A stretch of DNA of 64,000 nucleotides from assembly GCF_009914755.1 (NCBI RefSeq), contig NC_060928.1; one strand, 5' to 3'. The notes beneath the pieces were generated by a model that saw nothing but the letters and a program-made list of their open reading frames with translations, did not search any database and was not told where the DNA came from. This stretch comes from the human T2T-CHM13v2.0 reference genome, Homo sapiens. Both the position numbers and the translations under genes were made by a program. This document shows positions 45,418 to 63,889 of this stretch, one piece after another (positions within the stretch are counted from its first letter, which is position 1; every line of letters begins with the position of its first letter).

Positions 45418-45802
45418 TGTGTTAGGCCATTCTTGCATTGCTAGAAAGGAATACCTGAGGCTGGGTAATTTATAAAGAAAAGAGGTGTAATTGGCTCAAT
45501 TTCTGCAGGCTGTACGAGCATGGCACCAGCATCTGCTCAGCTTCGGGGGAGGCCTCAGGGAGCATTTACTCATGGGAGAAGGTGAAGCAGGAATGGGTGT
45601 GTCACATGGTGAGAGTGGGAGTGTGATGGGGGGAGGTGCCACACTTTTACATAACCAGATCTCCTGAGAACTCACTATTGCAAGGACAAGCCATGCAGGA
45701 TCTACCTTCATGACCCAAACACCTCCCATCAGGCCCCACATCTAACACTGGGGATTGCATTTCAACATGAGATTTGGGGGGACAAATATCCAAACTATGT
45801 CA
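45418..45802 (-). mobile_element. MST (A/B-like) MaLR LTR
   Basis: tgtgttaggccattcttgcattgct...catgagatttgggggacaaatatccaaactatgtca, with 5-bp TSD accac/atcac. Confidence 0.85.
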
Positions 45803-46028
45803 ATCACAAATGTATACAACATGGAGACTGGAAGCTGCTAGCCAATTTCCAAGCTTTATCTTACAATTCAAAGGGAAGAAATTATCTCCAAGCCATTGAT
45901 TTATTCAACAAATATTTACTGAGGATAATTCTACAAGTTAGACATTGAGCTAGGCTTTGAAATACCATCCCTGAGATTCAGGAATGGACCTACTGTTCTG
46001 CAGGACGAAGAATTCAGCCTCCCTGTAG

Positions 46029-46415
<387 letters not shown>

Positions 46416-46462
46416 CTTCATCTATTTCCTCTTTTAACTTCCATTTCCATTCCCATTTTCCT

Positions 46463-47020
46463 TGTATCAGTTAGCTTTTGATGCAATAACTAACCATCCT
46501 GAAACTTTGTAGCTTAAAACAACAGTCACGTATTGTTACTCACAAGTCTGCAGGTCAAGTGGCTGGTTCTTCTGATCTGGGCCAGGCCTGGCTGATCCCA
46601 GCTGGGTTTGCTCATGTGTTTGCAATTCATCAGTGGGTCAGCTGAGGGCACTTAGCCTAGGATGGCCTCACTCACATGTCTGGTGGTTGGTGCTGGCTGT
46701 CAGCTAGGGCAGTGGGGTAACAGGGCCACGTGTCACTCGTTCTCCAGCAGGCTTGCTGAGGCTTATAAATAAGGTGGTTGTTACGGGATTCTCAAGAGTA
46801 GGAAGAGTAGGCAAGCCCTAATGTGCTAGGACTTTTCAAGTTTCTGCTTGTGTCATATTTGCTACCTGTTCCATTGATCAAAGTAAGTCACAAGCTCGGC
46901 CCAGATTCCAGAGATGGAGAAATAAAGTCCATCTCATGATAGGTGGAGCTGCAATCACACTGCAAGGGCAAGAGAGCAGGGAAGGGAAGAATTTGTGCTC
47001 ATTTTGTTAACTCCCACACT
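46463..47020 (-). mobile_element. Old MLT1-type MaLR LTR
   Basis: tgtatcagttagctttt...gcttaaaacaaca...gatggcctcactcacatgtctgg...caaagtaagtcacaag. Confidence 0.7.
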
Positions 47021-47152
47021 TCTTTTCTTCCACTACATAGGACACCAAAAATTCGTTAAGCTGGTTAATGATCTTTGAGGCCAGGTGCAATTCACTTCTA
47101 TCAAACATTGGTTATAGTGCCTCTGCACTATTAGGGGAAAAAAATAATAAAA

Positions 47153-47450
<298 letters not shown>

Positions 47451-47584
47451 CCTGAATTATCCACCACCAACTCCTAAGCCACTGGCTGTCAACATTTATG
47501 AACTAAGACCCATTAGCAAGAAATTTATTTTACAGTATCCAGAATATACATGTACACATTTTTTTTTTAGAAAAATAAGTTATG

Positions 47585-47900
<316 letters not shown>

Positions 47901-48903
47901 CTAAATTAATTCACCACCCACTAATGGGTTATGATCTGTAGTTTGAAAAGCATTTTCGTAAGCTAAGGCCAGGAACACCACTTTTCTAGGAAAAGAGAAC
48001 AGCAGGTTCCCTTTGAGGGGTTCAATAAAGAGCCTGAGTTTGGAGCTTGCAGGATCAAAAGAAGACCAGCATGTGGGGAGTCTACTGAATGGGAGATGAG
48101 GCGGGAAATATAGACAAGGGTCTGCCAGGAAGGTCTGCAGGTTGTGGCGGGGCATTCGGGACTCACTCTTCAAAAAAAATAAAAATAAAAAATAAAGGGT
48201 CTTGCTATGTTGCCCAGGCTGGTCTTAAACTCCTAGGCTCAAGGGAGGGATTCTCCTCCTTCAGCATCCTGAGTAGCTCGGATCAGGAGCATGCTGCTCT
48301 GCCTGGCTTCCATTATTCTAATGGAAGTTCCCAGTGGTTTTACGCAGAGAAGTGACATGATATAATCTATTTTCCAAAATAGTTTCTCCTGACCTCATGC
48401 ACAGCCCTAAAATGATTGCAGAATGACCTAATTTTCTCTAAATTTAAAACAAGCCCGGAATGGTTTTAAGACCCTCCGTAGAGAATTCTTTCACTCTCCC
48501 CCACATTCATTCAATGAAACTCATTTCCTGGTTCCCTTCCCTCCACGAGGGCGCCTACCCTCTGCTGAGCAATCTGGAGACCAGAATCCTGCAGAAATAA
48601 GAGTACTGAAGTTTTAAAATTCCTCTTTCTATCAAGTCCAGTACTTTTATTATCCTTCTGTCACTAAGAATCCACATATCTGCTGGCCACACTGCCCTCC
48701 TGGCTGGAGTCATGCATACCCATGGACTTTTTTTTTTTCTGATTTGCAACATTGACACTTGGAAGGACATCTGTAAGTTTTGGCAGCTGGCTCCTCACAG
48801 CTTGGAAGCAGGTCTCCTCTCCCAGTGGGGGTTTCCATCTCTGCTGGGACATCTGCAGTGCCTGCTGTTGGGAGCTGCCACACATGGTCTGAGTCGGGGG
48901 TCA

Positions 48904-49820
<917 letters not shown>

Positions 49821-50034
49821 AAGAAAAGTGGAGAAGCTAGTAAGTCAATAAATTGTAATGGTTAAAGACAGGAGCTCCAGATTCACTCAAACCTGGTTTA
49901 TAATCCTATAACTGCGGCTTATTGACTTGTGAATTAAGGTTGTCTGTTTTAACTTCTCTGAGGCTCTGTTTGCTCATCTGTAAAATGGGCATAATTGTAT
50001 CTGCTTATCTAAGTTAAAAACTAAGTGAGACTCT

Positions 50035-50322
50035 TCTTTTCTCTTTTCTTTCTTTTCTTTTTGTTTTTCTTTTTCGAGAAAGAGTCTCCCTCTGTTGCCC
50101 AGGCTGGAGTGCAGTAGTGTGATCTCGGCTCAGTGCAACCTCCGCTTCTGGGTTCAAGCTATTCTCCTGCATCAGCCTCCTGAGTAGCTGGGACTACAGG
50201 CATGCACCACTACACTTGGCTAATTTTTGTATTTTTAGTAGACAGGGGGTTTCACCATGTTGGCCAGGCTGGACTCGAACTCCTGGCCTCAAGTGATCCA
50301 CCCCTGTTGGCCTCCCAAAGTG
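50035..50322 (-). mobile_element. AluS (5'-truncated) within a MIR
   Basis: Reverse Alu; MIR core ctcatctgtaaaatgggcataat just upstream. Confidence 0.85.
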
Positions 50323-52848
50323 CATTAAACGACACTCTTAATGCAATTATTATCTACTCGAGTAAGTGCTTGATAAACGGTAGCTCTTTATAATGAATAT
50401 TATTCATGTAAAGGGAACATTGGAATAGCTGTCGGATACTTTCAAAGAAACAAAACCAGGAAACTAGCTATTGAGGAGCTTTGGAAACACAAGCTTTCAG
50501 CTGGATGCTGTATGTCTTTTTTTTTTTTTTTTTTTTTAACAGACTGAGTCTTACTATGTTGCCCAGGCTCGTCTCAAACTCCTCCTGGCCTAAAATAATC
50601 CCCCAAAGTGATGGGATTACAGCATGAGCCAGCCTATTTATGTCTCTTAGGTAATTTTTTTAAATGTTTATGGGTACATAGGTATATATATTTATGGGAT
50701 ACATGAGATATTTTGATCTAGGCATACACTGTATAACAATCACATCAGGGTAAATGGGGTAACCATCACCCCAAGCATATATCATTGCTTTGTGTTACAA
50801 ACATTCCAATTATACTCTTATAGTTATTTTTAAGTATGCAATAAATTATGGTTTACGGTAATTACCCCATTTTGCTATCAAATACTAGATTTTATTCATG
50901 CTTTCAAACTGCATTTGTGTACCCATTAACCATCCCCTCTTCCCCGCTTACATCTGACCACTCATCCCAGCCTCTGGTAACTAACCTTCTACTCTCTATT
51001 GCCTTGAGTTCAGTTGTTTTAATTTTTAGCTCCCACAAACAAGTAAGAACATACGAAGTTTGTCTTTCCTGTGCCTGGTTTATTTTACTTAATATAATGA
51101 CCATCCATGTTGCTACAAATGATAGGACCTTGTTTTTTAATGGCTAAATAGTACTCTAATGTGTATATGTACCACATTTCTTTATCCATTTGTCCATTGA
51201 TGGACACTTAGGTTGCTTCCACATCTTGACCACTGTGAGTGGTGCTGGCGGTAAGCATGGGAGTGCAGATGTCCCTTTGATATCCTGATTTCCTTTATTT
51301 TGGATATATACCTAGCAGTGGAATTGCTGGATCATAGTGTAGTTCTATTTTAGTTTTTTAAGGAACCTTTGACTTGTTCTCCACAGCAATTATACTAATT
51401 TACATTGCCACCAACAGTGCATGAGGGTTCCTTTTTCTCCACATCCTCGCCAGCATCTGTTATTGCCCGTCTTTTGGATATAAGCCATTCTAACTAGGGT
51501 GAGATGATATCTCATTGTAGTTTTGATTTCCATTTCTTTGATGACTGATGATGTTGAGCAACTTTTCATATACCTGTTTGTCATTTGTATGTCTTCTTTT
51601 GAGAAATATCTATTCACATCTTTTGTCCATTTTAAAAATTAGATTATTAGTTTTTTTTCCTATAGAGCTGTTTGAGTTTCATATATAGTCTGGTTAATAA
51701 GTCCTTGTCAGAGGGATAGTTTGCAAATATTTTCTCCTATTGTGTGGATTGTCTCTTCACTTTGTTTATTATTTCCTTTGCTGTGCAGAAGCTTTTTAAC
51801 TCGATATATTCCCATTTGTCCATTTTTGCCTTGGTGGCCTGTGCTTTTTATTACTCAAGATATCTTCGCTCAGACCAATTTCCTGGAGAGTTTCCCCAAT
51901 GTTTTCTTTTAGTAGTTTCATAGATTCAGGTATTAGATTTAAGTCTTTAATCCATTTTTATTTGATTTTTGTATATGGTGAGAGATAGGGGTCTAGTTTC
52001 ATTCTTCTGCATATGAATATCCACTTTCCCCAGCACCATTTATTGAAGAGACTGTTTTCTCCCCAGTGTATGTTCTTGGCACCATTGTCAAAATTGAGTT
52101 CACCATAGATGTATGGATTTATTTCTAGGTTATCTGTTCCGTTCCACTGGTATATGTGTCTGTTTTTACGCCAATACCATGCTGTTTTGGTTACAATAGC
52201 TCTGTAGTATAATTTGAAGTCAGGTAATGAAATTCTTCCACTTTCATTCTTTTTGCTCAGGATGGTTTGGCTCTTTTGGGTATTCTGTGGTTTCATAGAA
52301 ATTTTAAGATTATTTTTTCTATTTCTGTGAAGAATGACATTGGTATTTTGATAAGGATTGCATTGAATCTGTAAATTGCTTTGGGTGGTATGAACATTTT
52401 AACAATATTGATTCTTCCAATCCATGAACATAGAATATCTTTCAATTTTTCTGTGTCTTCTTCAATTTCTTTCATTAATCTTTTGTAGTTTTCATTGTAG
52501 AGATCTTTCACTTTTTTGGTTAAGTTTATTCCTAGGTATTTTGTTTGTAGCTATTATAAATGAGATTACCTTCTTGATTTCTTTTTTAAATTATTTGCTG
52601 TTGGCATATAGAAATACCACTGACTTTTGTATTTTGTATCCTGCAACTAGACTGAATTTTTTTATCAGTTCTAATAGTTTTTTAGTAGAGTCTTTAGGGT
52701 TTTCCAAGTATAATATCATCTTTAAACAAGGATAATTTAATGTCTTCCTTTCCAATTTGGAGGTCCTTTATTTCTTTCCCTTGTGTGATTGCGCTAGCTA
52801 GGATTTCCAGTACTATGTTGAATAACAGTGGTGAAAGTGGGCATCCTT

Positions 52849-53278
52849 CCATCAATGATAGACTGGATAAAGAAAATGTATTATATATACACCATGGAAT
52901 ATTATGCGACCATAAAAAGGAATGAGATCATGTCCTTGGTAGAGATATGGATGAAGCTGGAAGCCATCATTCTCAGCAAACTAACACAGGAACAGAAAAG
53001 CAAACACCACATGCTTTCATTCATAAGTGGAGTTGAACAATGAGAACACATGGACACTAGGAGGGGAATAACACACACTGGGCCAGTCCAGGGGGTGCGG
53101 TGCAGGGAAGGAGAGCACCAGGACAAATAGCTAATGCATGCGGGGCTGAAAACCTAGATGGTGGGTTGATAGGTGCAGCAAACCACCGTGGCACACATAT
53201 ACCTATACAACCTGCACATTCTGCATGTGTATCCCGGAACTTAAAGTAAAACAAAAATTTTTAAAAAATTAAATAAAT
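52849..53278 (+). mobile_element. L1PA 3' fragment inserted in the older L1
   Basis: L1PA-type 3' UTR with A-rich tail. Perfect 15-bp TSD aaagtgggcatcctt at 52834-52848 and 53279-53293. Confidence 0.92.
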
Positions 53279-53625
53279 AAAGTGGGCATCCTTGTCTTGT
53301 TCCAGATTTTAGAGGAAAGGCTTTCAGTTTTTTCCTACTCAGTGTGATACTAGTTGTGGGTCTGTCATATATGGCTTTTGTTGTGTTGAGGTATGTTCCT
53401 ATTATATCTAGTTTCTTTAGGTTTTTTTTTTTATCATGAAGGGATATTGAATTTTATTAAATGCTTTTTCAGCATCAATTGAAACAATCATATGGTTTTT
53501 ATTCTTCATTCTGTTGATATGAGGTATCACATTGATTGATTTGCCTATGTTGTACCATCTTTGCATCCCTGGGATAAATCCCCCTTGGTCATAATGAAGA
53601 TCTTTTTAATGTTTTGTTGAATTTA

Positions 53626-53730
<105 letters not shown>

Positions 53731-54109
53731 CTACTGGCCTCACAGAATGAGTTTGGAAGTACTCCTCTTCTATTTTTTGGAATAGTTTGAGTAGAGTTGA
53801 TATAAGTTCTTTAAATGTTTGGTAAAATTCAGCAGTGAAGCCATTGGGTCCTGGTCTTTGCTAGGAGACTTTTTAATACAACTTCAATCTTGTTACTTGT
53901 TATGGGTCTGTTCAGGTTTTGGGTTTCTTCATTGTTCAGTCTTGGTAGGTTATATATGTCTAGGAATTTATTCATTTATTCTGTGTTTTCCAGTTTGTTG
54001 GCATAGAGTTGCTCATAGTAGCCTCTAATGATCTTTTGAATTTCTGCAGTACTGGTTGTAATGTCTCCTTTTAATATCTCTGATTTCATTTATTTGGATC
54101 ATCTCTCCA

Positions 54110-54330
54110 TTTTTGTTTTGTTTTGTTTTTGAGACAAGGTCTCACTCTGTCTCCCAGGATGTAATGCAGTGACATGATCACAGTTCACTGCAGACTCCAT
54201 CTCTCAGGCTCAAGTTATCCTCACATCTTGACCTCCCGAGTAGCTAGGACTACAGACACATGCCACCACAGTCAGCTAGTTTTTTCTACCTTTTGTAGAG
54301 ACAGGGTCTCACAATGTTTCCCAGACTGTT
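54110..54330 (-). mobile_element. AluJ fragment inside L1
   Basis: Reverse right monomer plus part of the left monomer. Confidence 0.8.
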
Positions 54331-57051
54331 CTCTATTTTTTTCTTGTTAGTCTGGCTAAAGGTTTGTCAATTTTGTTTATCTTTTCAAAAAAACAACTAT
54401 TTGTTTCATTAATCTTTTGTATTGTTTTATTTGTTTCAATTTCATTTATTTCTGCTCTGATCTTTATTCTTTCATTTCTTCTACCAACTTTGGGTTTAGT
54501 TTGGTCTTGCTTTTTCAATTCATTAAAAAGTATCATTATGTTATTTATTTGAAGTTTTTCCTCTTTTTTAATTTAAGCACTTATAGTTATAAACTTCTTA
54601 GTACTACTTTCCCATATCCCAAAGGTTTTGGTATGTTGTATTTCCATTTTCATTTGTTTCAAGAAGTTTTTCAATTTCCTTCTTACTCTCTTCATTGACC
54701 TACTGGTCATTCAGGAACATATTGTTTAATTTCCATGTGTTTGTACAGTTTCCAAAATTCCTCTTGTTATTGATTTTTAGTTTTATTCCATTGTGGTCAG
54801 AGAAGATGCTTAATATTATTTCAGTTTTTTAAAAATGTTTTAAAACTTGTTTTGTGGGCTAACATATGGTCTATCCTTGAGAATGATCCCTGTGCTGAGG
54901 AGAAGAATGTATATGCCACAGCTGTTGAATGAAATATTATGTAAACATCAATTAGGTCCATTTGATCTGTAGTGCAGATTAAGTCCAATGTTTCTTGGTT
55001 CATTTTCTGTCTGGATAATCTGTCCAATGCTGAAAGTGGGGGTGGTGAAGTCTTCAGCTATAATTATATCGAGGCCTCTCTCTTGTTTTAGCTCTAATAA
55101 TATTTGCTTTATATATCTGGGCACTCCAGTATTGGTGCATATGCATTTACAATTGTTATATCATCTTGCTGAATTGACCACTTTATCATTACATAATGAC
55201 CTTCTTTGTCTCTTTTATAGTTTTTGTCTTGAAATCAATTTTGTTTTATATGTGTTTAGCTACCCTTGCTCCTTTTTAGTTTCCATTGGCATGAAATATC
55301 TTTTTCCACCCCTTTATTTTCAGTCTACATGTGACTTTATAGGTGAAGTGTGTTTCTTATAGGCAGGAGATGGCTGGGTCTTGGTTTGCTTTTTTTTTTT
55401 TTTTTTTTTTTTTTACCAATTCAGTCACTCAATGCCTTTTGATTAGAGAGTTTGGTCCATTTATATTCAATATTATTATTGATAAGTAAGGATCTACTAC
55501 TGCCATTTAAAAATTTGTTTTCTGGTTGTTCTGGTTGTTTTGTGGTCTTCTCTTCCTTCCTTCCTGTCTTCCTTTTTCTAAAGGTGATTTTCTTTGGTGG
55601 TATGTTTTAATTTTTTGCTTTTTATTTTTTGTGTATCTATTGTGGGTTTTTTGATGTCAGGTTACCATGAGTCTTGCAAATAACATCTTATAACCCATTA
55701 TTTTAAACTGATGACAACTTAACACTGATTGCAAAAACTGACAGACAAGCAAAGAGAAAACCAATAAAAACTCTACACTTTAACTTCATCCTCCAACTTT
55801 TAAACTTTTTGTTTCTATTTATATCTTACTATACTTTCTATGTCTTGAAAAGTTGCTGTAGTTATTATTTTTTATAGGTTCATCTTAAAGTCTTTCTATT
55901 TGAGATATGAGTACTTTACCACAGTTACAGTGTTATTATATTCTAATTTTCTATATTCTTACTATTACCAGTGAGTTTTGTACCTTCAGATGATTTCATA
56001 TTGCTCACTAATGTCCTTTTCTTTTAGATTGAAGATCTCCATTTAGCATTTCTTGTAGGACAAGTCTGGTATTGATGAAATCTTTTGGCTTCTGTTTGTC
56101 TGGAAAATTCTATTTCTCCTCCACATTTGAAGGATCTTTTCACTGGATATACTATTCTAGGGTGAAAGTCTTTTTCCTTCAGTGTTTTAAATATGTCATA
56201 CCACCCTCTCCTAGCCTGCAAGGTTTCCAGTGAAGAGTCTGCTGCCAAATGTATCAGAGCTTCTTTTGTGTTATGTGTTTCTTTTCTCTTGATGCTTTTA
56301 GGATCTTTACTTTATTCTTGACCTTTGGGAGTTTAGTTATTAAATGTCTAGTTGTAGTCTTATTTTGGTTAATATGTTTGGTGTTCTATAACCTTCTTAT
56401 ACTTATTTGTATATTGATATCTTTCTCTCTGTTTGAGATGTCCTCTGTTATTGTCCCTTTAAATAAACTTTCTGCCCCAGTCTCTGTCTCGACCTCCTCT
56501 TTAAGGCTAATAACTCTTAGATTTGCCCTTTTGAGGCTGTTTTGTAGATCTTATAGATGTGCTTCATTTTTTAAATTCTTTTTATTTTGTCTTCTCTGAC
56601 TATATTTTCAAATAGCCTATCTTTAAGCTAATCTTTTCTTCTACTTGATCAATTCTACTGTTGAGAGACTGATACATTCTTTAGTATGTCAATTGAATTT
56701 TTCAGCTCCATTGTTTCTACTTAATTTTTTAAAATTATGTCGACCTCTTTGTAAATTTATCTGATAGGATTTTGAATTCCTTCTTTGTGTTATCTTGAAT
56801 TTCACTGAGCTTCCTCAAAAAAGCTATTTTGAATTTTTTGTCTGAAAATTCACATATTTCTGTTTCTCCCAGATTGGCCACTGGTGCCTGATTTAGTTCA
56901 TTTGGGGAGGTCATGTTTTCCTGGATAATCTTGATGCTTGTGGATGTTTGCTGATGTTTGGGCATTGAAGAGTTAGGTATTTATTACAGTCTTCACAGTC
57001 TGGGTTTGTTTGTATCCATCCTTCTTGAGAAGGCTTTTCAAGTATTCAAAG

Positions 57052-57360
57052 GGTCCAGGAATGGTGGTTCATGCCTGTAATCCTAGCATTTTGGAAGGTC
57101 AAGAAGGGAAGATCGCTTGAGTTCAGGAGTTTGACACCAGGCTGGGCAACATGGCGAAACTGTCTCTGCAAAAAAATTGTTTTTAAATTAGCCAGGCACA
57201 GTGGCACGTTGTCTGTGTTCCTAGCTACTTGGAAGGCTGGAGTGGGAAGATCACTTGAGCCTAGGGTTCGGGCTGCAGTGAGCTAATGTTCATGCCACTG
57301 CCCTCCAGCCTAGGCAACAGGGCAAGACCCTGTCTCAAAAAAAATAAAATAAAACATTTT
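57052..57360 (+). mobile_element. AluJ inside the L1 5' region
   Basis: Full dimer with TSD aagtattcaaaggg. Confidence 0.88.
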
Positions 57361-58779
57361 TAAAAAAGTATTCAAAGGGAATACTTGGGTGTTGTGATCT
57401 ACATCTTTGGTCACTGTAGCAGTATCTGCATTAGAGGGCAACCCAAGCCCAGTAACACTGTGACTCTTGCAGACTCGTAGAGGCACCGCCTTGGTGGTCT
57501 TTGGTAAGATGAAAGAGAATTCTCTGGATTACCAGGCAGCGACTGTTATTCTCTTCCTTTACTTTCCTCCAAACAGAGTCTTTTTCTCCATGCTCAGCTG
57601 CCTGGAGCTGGAGGAGGGGTGATACTAGCCACCACCCCTGGGCCTGCGCTGGGTCACACTTGAAGCCAGCACAGCACTGGGTCTCACCAACACCTGCAGT
57701 GACTACTTCCTGGCTACTGACAAGGTTCACTCAAGGCCCAAGGGCTCTTCAGTCACAGGTGGGCCCAGAAATGCCATCTGGAAGCCAGAGCCTAGAGTCA
57801 GGAACTTAAGTATGTCGTTTAAAATCAGCTATGATAGCTTCCCAGGGGCTCTGATATTAGGTGTGAAGTAGAAAAGGTGAGTAGATAAGTTTATCCCCAT
57901 TTCACAGATGAAGAAATTAAGGGCCATTATCATAAGATAATGAATGTGCACGAGAGTGTTTCTGGTTGTTTGTTGCCACACAAGCTGATAAACAAAGGAG
58001 CAGTACCCAAACCCAAGGCATCTCAACTCTTCAGTGTTCTCCCCACTGAGGAAAGAGGAAGGAAAACTTGCCTAACGTGTGAAGAGAGATCTCCCAAATT
58101 TAGGCAGATGGGAGAAAGCCTTAGGGATGAGCTTGATGGTTTATCTGGGTATATCCTCAAGCCTCAGAGGGCTGTGAGAAGAGGGGAACAGACTGGAAAG
58201 GGTAAGGCCAATTCAGTGTCTCCAAAAGTAGTGTCTGAAGATTGTAGCTGTAGGGTTAGTAGATTTAAAATGAGAGGTAAATATAATCTAAAAACAAAGC
58301 AAATAAAATGATGGAAATATCTCCCCAATGGCAGTCCTTTTGAAGGTGAGTCATGTTTAGAAACAGAGACCATTTCTAATAACATAAAATTAGGGGGTTG
58401 TGTTTTATAATCCCCCAAAGCTAAAGAATTTTATTCCTTCCTTTCAAGCACTGGAAATAATGGCTTGGATTCCAACCAGGAAGACCACATAACTAGTTCT
58501 GGATCCCAATCAGTGATTTTTCCAGTAAGAACAAGAGAATCAAACTGAGTGTGGGTTACTTGCTGAAAATAAACATAAATCAGAAATGAGACTTAGGAAG
58601 ATGCCAGAATTATGCAAGCTGCACATCTGGTCCTACATTCTCTTTGGAAGGTTTCTGAGCAACACTTTTTTTTTTCTTTAAATCTCAATCTGTTCTTGTA
58701 GTGGATCCTTCCGAGTTTTGAAGAAAATTAAAACTGATATTTTCTTTAGGGTAGCTGCCTGCTTGCTTGGATATATTGC

Positions 58780-59170
58780 AATCACCTTATACTCAACATG
58801 TCCAAAGATAAAAAATAGAAGTCATCGTGTCCCCTGACAGATATGTTTATCCTCCTCTATTCCATGTCTCAGAAGTAGCACTCCCTGCCAACCCATCACC
58901 TAAACCAGAAGCCTGGGTGTCCTCCTTGGGTGCTCTTTTTCTCATGCTAATTTTCCCATAGGTCACTAAGTTCCATCAAGTCTGCATCCAAAACCTTTTT
59001 CAAATTCCTCCACTTCTCTCCATCTCTTCTTGCCCTCATCTAGTTCGGGACTCCATCTTCGCTCACCTGGATTGCTATGTATTAGCCATGAAGGCCTCAA
59101 CTCCCAGCTACTAGATTGCCTAGACTTGGCCCCAGCCCAGGCCTCCACAACCGACATTTCTACAGCACTC
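58780..59170 (+). mobile_element. L2 fragment
   Basis: ctcaacatgtccaaa...ccagaagcctgggtgtcctcctt...ctcacctggattgct. Confidence 0.55.
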
Positions 59171-59387
59171 CATGGTAATAAGCTACTCTACCAGACTTCT
59201 CCCATTCCGTTGCACAGTCTAGCGCGAGGGCCAAGAGAAAGGAATGCTGTGAGCCCAGCCAAGGAAAAGGACTTGAGGAGTTAAGCAAAGGTCATACCAG
59301 TGACCCAAGAGATGAGCAGGCAGGTCACCCTGGTTATGCACCTCGACTCTGCAGCCTTTTAGCACGTACTTCACTGCATTGTAATTG

Positions 59388-60146
<759 letters not shown>

Positions 60147-61146
60147 TAGCTCCAAAGACTGTCTTAACACGAATACTTGTTGAATAACTGATCATTAACC
60201 CCAGTAAAAAGAATTCTGTAAGAGAATGAAAATTAAGAAGATAAAAGATGGGGAGGATAGGAGGGATTTTGGGCCCTCAAAAGGTTTATTTATATCCTGC
60301 TAAATGTACAAAGCTTTGATGCAGATCTTAAACAGATGAGAGGGCAGACAGAGGGCTCCACAGGGAAGATTTATCACTCATGGTTGAACTCACAGCCTCT
60401 GGAGCCAGACTACCAGGATTCATGTCTTAGTTCTCTTTATCCCTTCCTGAGTGTGAGACCTCCAGCATGTTATTTAACCTCTCTCTGTAAAGTGGTACAT
60501 AGCTCATAGCATTATTGTGAGGTTTAAATGAGTCAACACAGGCAAAACACTTAGAATAGCGCCTGACACATAGTATGCACTCAGTAAATGCAACTCTATT
60601 AATAAAATTAGAATTGGATAAAGATTAGATTTAGAGTATGAATTAAATTAGAAATATCTCAAGAAAGTGTATTAGGATGCTGGGCTGTCCACACTCTCAC
60701 ACAGCCCTTTTGGTTGGGAAAGTAAGTTGACATTTTTTAAGCACCAACTTTGTGTCAGACTTGAGGATCATTATTACAGATTATTCACATTTCAGAGGTA
60801 TGGAAAATGTGGACAGAAATGTTTAATTACTTGCCCAAGATTATACATTTACCAAGGGTTAAGCCTAGTCTCAAATTTAGTTTCAAAGGAAAATGGGTAA
60901 TGGGTAAAGTAGAGGGACATAATATCCCAGTTGCATCCAAAGGAGACCCTAATGTGGGGGCTTGGAGACTTTCAAGATGAGGGGGCAAAGCCTTGTGAAC
61001 CATTCCTAAGGAAGGAAAGGAGAGCTGCTCATCCTGGGACATTTTCCACGGGCTTGTTCTACAAAAGAACTTTCCCGAGGACATGGATGTCCTAGGTCCA
61101 TGTGTATTGTAACCTCAGGGGCAGGAATTGGGACTGTATACCCTCA

Positions 61147-61893
<747 letters not shown>

Positions 61894-62391
61894 ATTATCT
61901 TGTCTTTTCTGTTAACTGAATTAACACTCATGCCCCTGGTTAATACAATCCCACTTCTGATGTATGCACACTTGGGCCTGCCTGTGCTGTGACCCAGGTT
62001 GAAGAGACCAGTGTCCTGAAGCAGAGCACCATCCCTTGCTCTACCACCCAGAGGGAGAGAAGAGTCCAGCCTCAGTTCCCAGTAGGGCTTCTTAGCTCTG
62101 CATATCTTTCAGCATCTTCTATTAGACAAAGACTGGTAGCCATGGTATCAACAACTTTATTTGTCTGTCTACTTAGAAAGCAAACTATGTAAACCTAATC
62201 ATTGTAGCTCTGTTGGTTAAACAGTGATATGAATATGATATTATTCATAAAACTGAAAAAATGTTAATACATGAGTACAATTTTTTAGCTTTAATCTATA
62301 CCTGATTTTCCCCTTGAAAAATAAATATAATTTGTTTCAGTGGTTAATTGTTATAAACAACCCTGTAACCATTTGTTTGTTCATTTATTCA

Positions 62392-62700
<309 letters not shown>

Positions 62701-63889
62701 GCAAAGTAACAAAACCCCAAAAAGCAGTGATTTATTCTTCCATTCAACAAGACATTAGTATTTTCAAGTAAAACATTTTTAAAAAAAACACAAACACAGG
62801 CATGTTAAATGTTATCTAGCATCATGGGCAGAGTTCTACTTAACACTTGTTTAAAAAAGTTCTAGTTGTTAAGTAGAACCCTGCCCATCATGCTAGATAA
62901 CCAGGGAATAAAAATGCAGAAACCTCAGCCCCTGGCAGTTCAGGAAATATACAGCTTTGCTGAGAACAGAAAAATAATATCCAGGGAAGGAACTACAGCT
63001 TATAATCAAGTCTGGACTGGGATTTTTCTTGTTAAAGGCTATTCAAACACTGGGCATATTATATATATATATATACGTATATATATATATGAAGACTCCA
63101 TTAAAATAAATGAAGTAGCTGCCCATGAGGAGGAAAAAAGGAGAGCTGGTGGGTTGAACTTGAGGAACAGACCTCTTCAAACTCACCTCTAACGTGCTTA
63201 TCTCACTTACTGAAAATTCTCAGCCATTTTAATGTTTCATCCCTCAAATGTCTCTGCTCCAGGAATCTTGCTTTCCCCTCTTCTGGCTGAAACATAAGCC
63301 GCTTAGGGCTAAGATCTTACTGAATAAAATTAGGTGTGCGCAGGAGAGGGCTGACTAAATAATTTCTAAAATGATCTGAAATTCACAAATAACTATCATT
63401 TATTTCAGCACAAACGATTATGCCAGATAGTTGGCACTCATTGTCTCACTTAATTCTTATAACAACTGTGAGAGATACACACTCTTATTATGTCCATTTT
63501 TCAGATCAAGAAACAAGACATGGAGAGTTCAATGTCAAGCCAAATTTCCAAAGAATTGGCAGAATCCAGGACTGTCAGAGTGTAAACCTGTGTTCTTAGC
63601 ACCTATGTGTTTAGCTCATGTGCTATCCTCTCAAAACCTTCTTCCACCTATCTCTCTCTCACACAGCATTGTTAGCCCCTTTGTCACACTTACCCATTCT
63701 CCTTGTTCTATAACATTTATAGAAATGTCTTTCCAAAATATGAATTCCTTAGAAGAGGAACTATATTTTGACCGTCTTTATAACACTCTCTGCTTAGAAC
63801 ACAGGACCCGGCACACAGTAGGTGCTCATATGTTTAGGTAATTAACTATACCAGTCACGAAAAACTTATCATTTTAATTAAAAGTGTAT

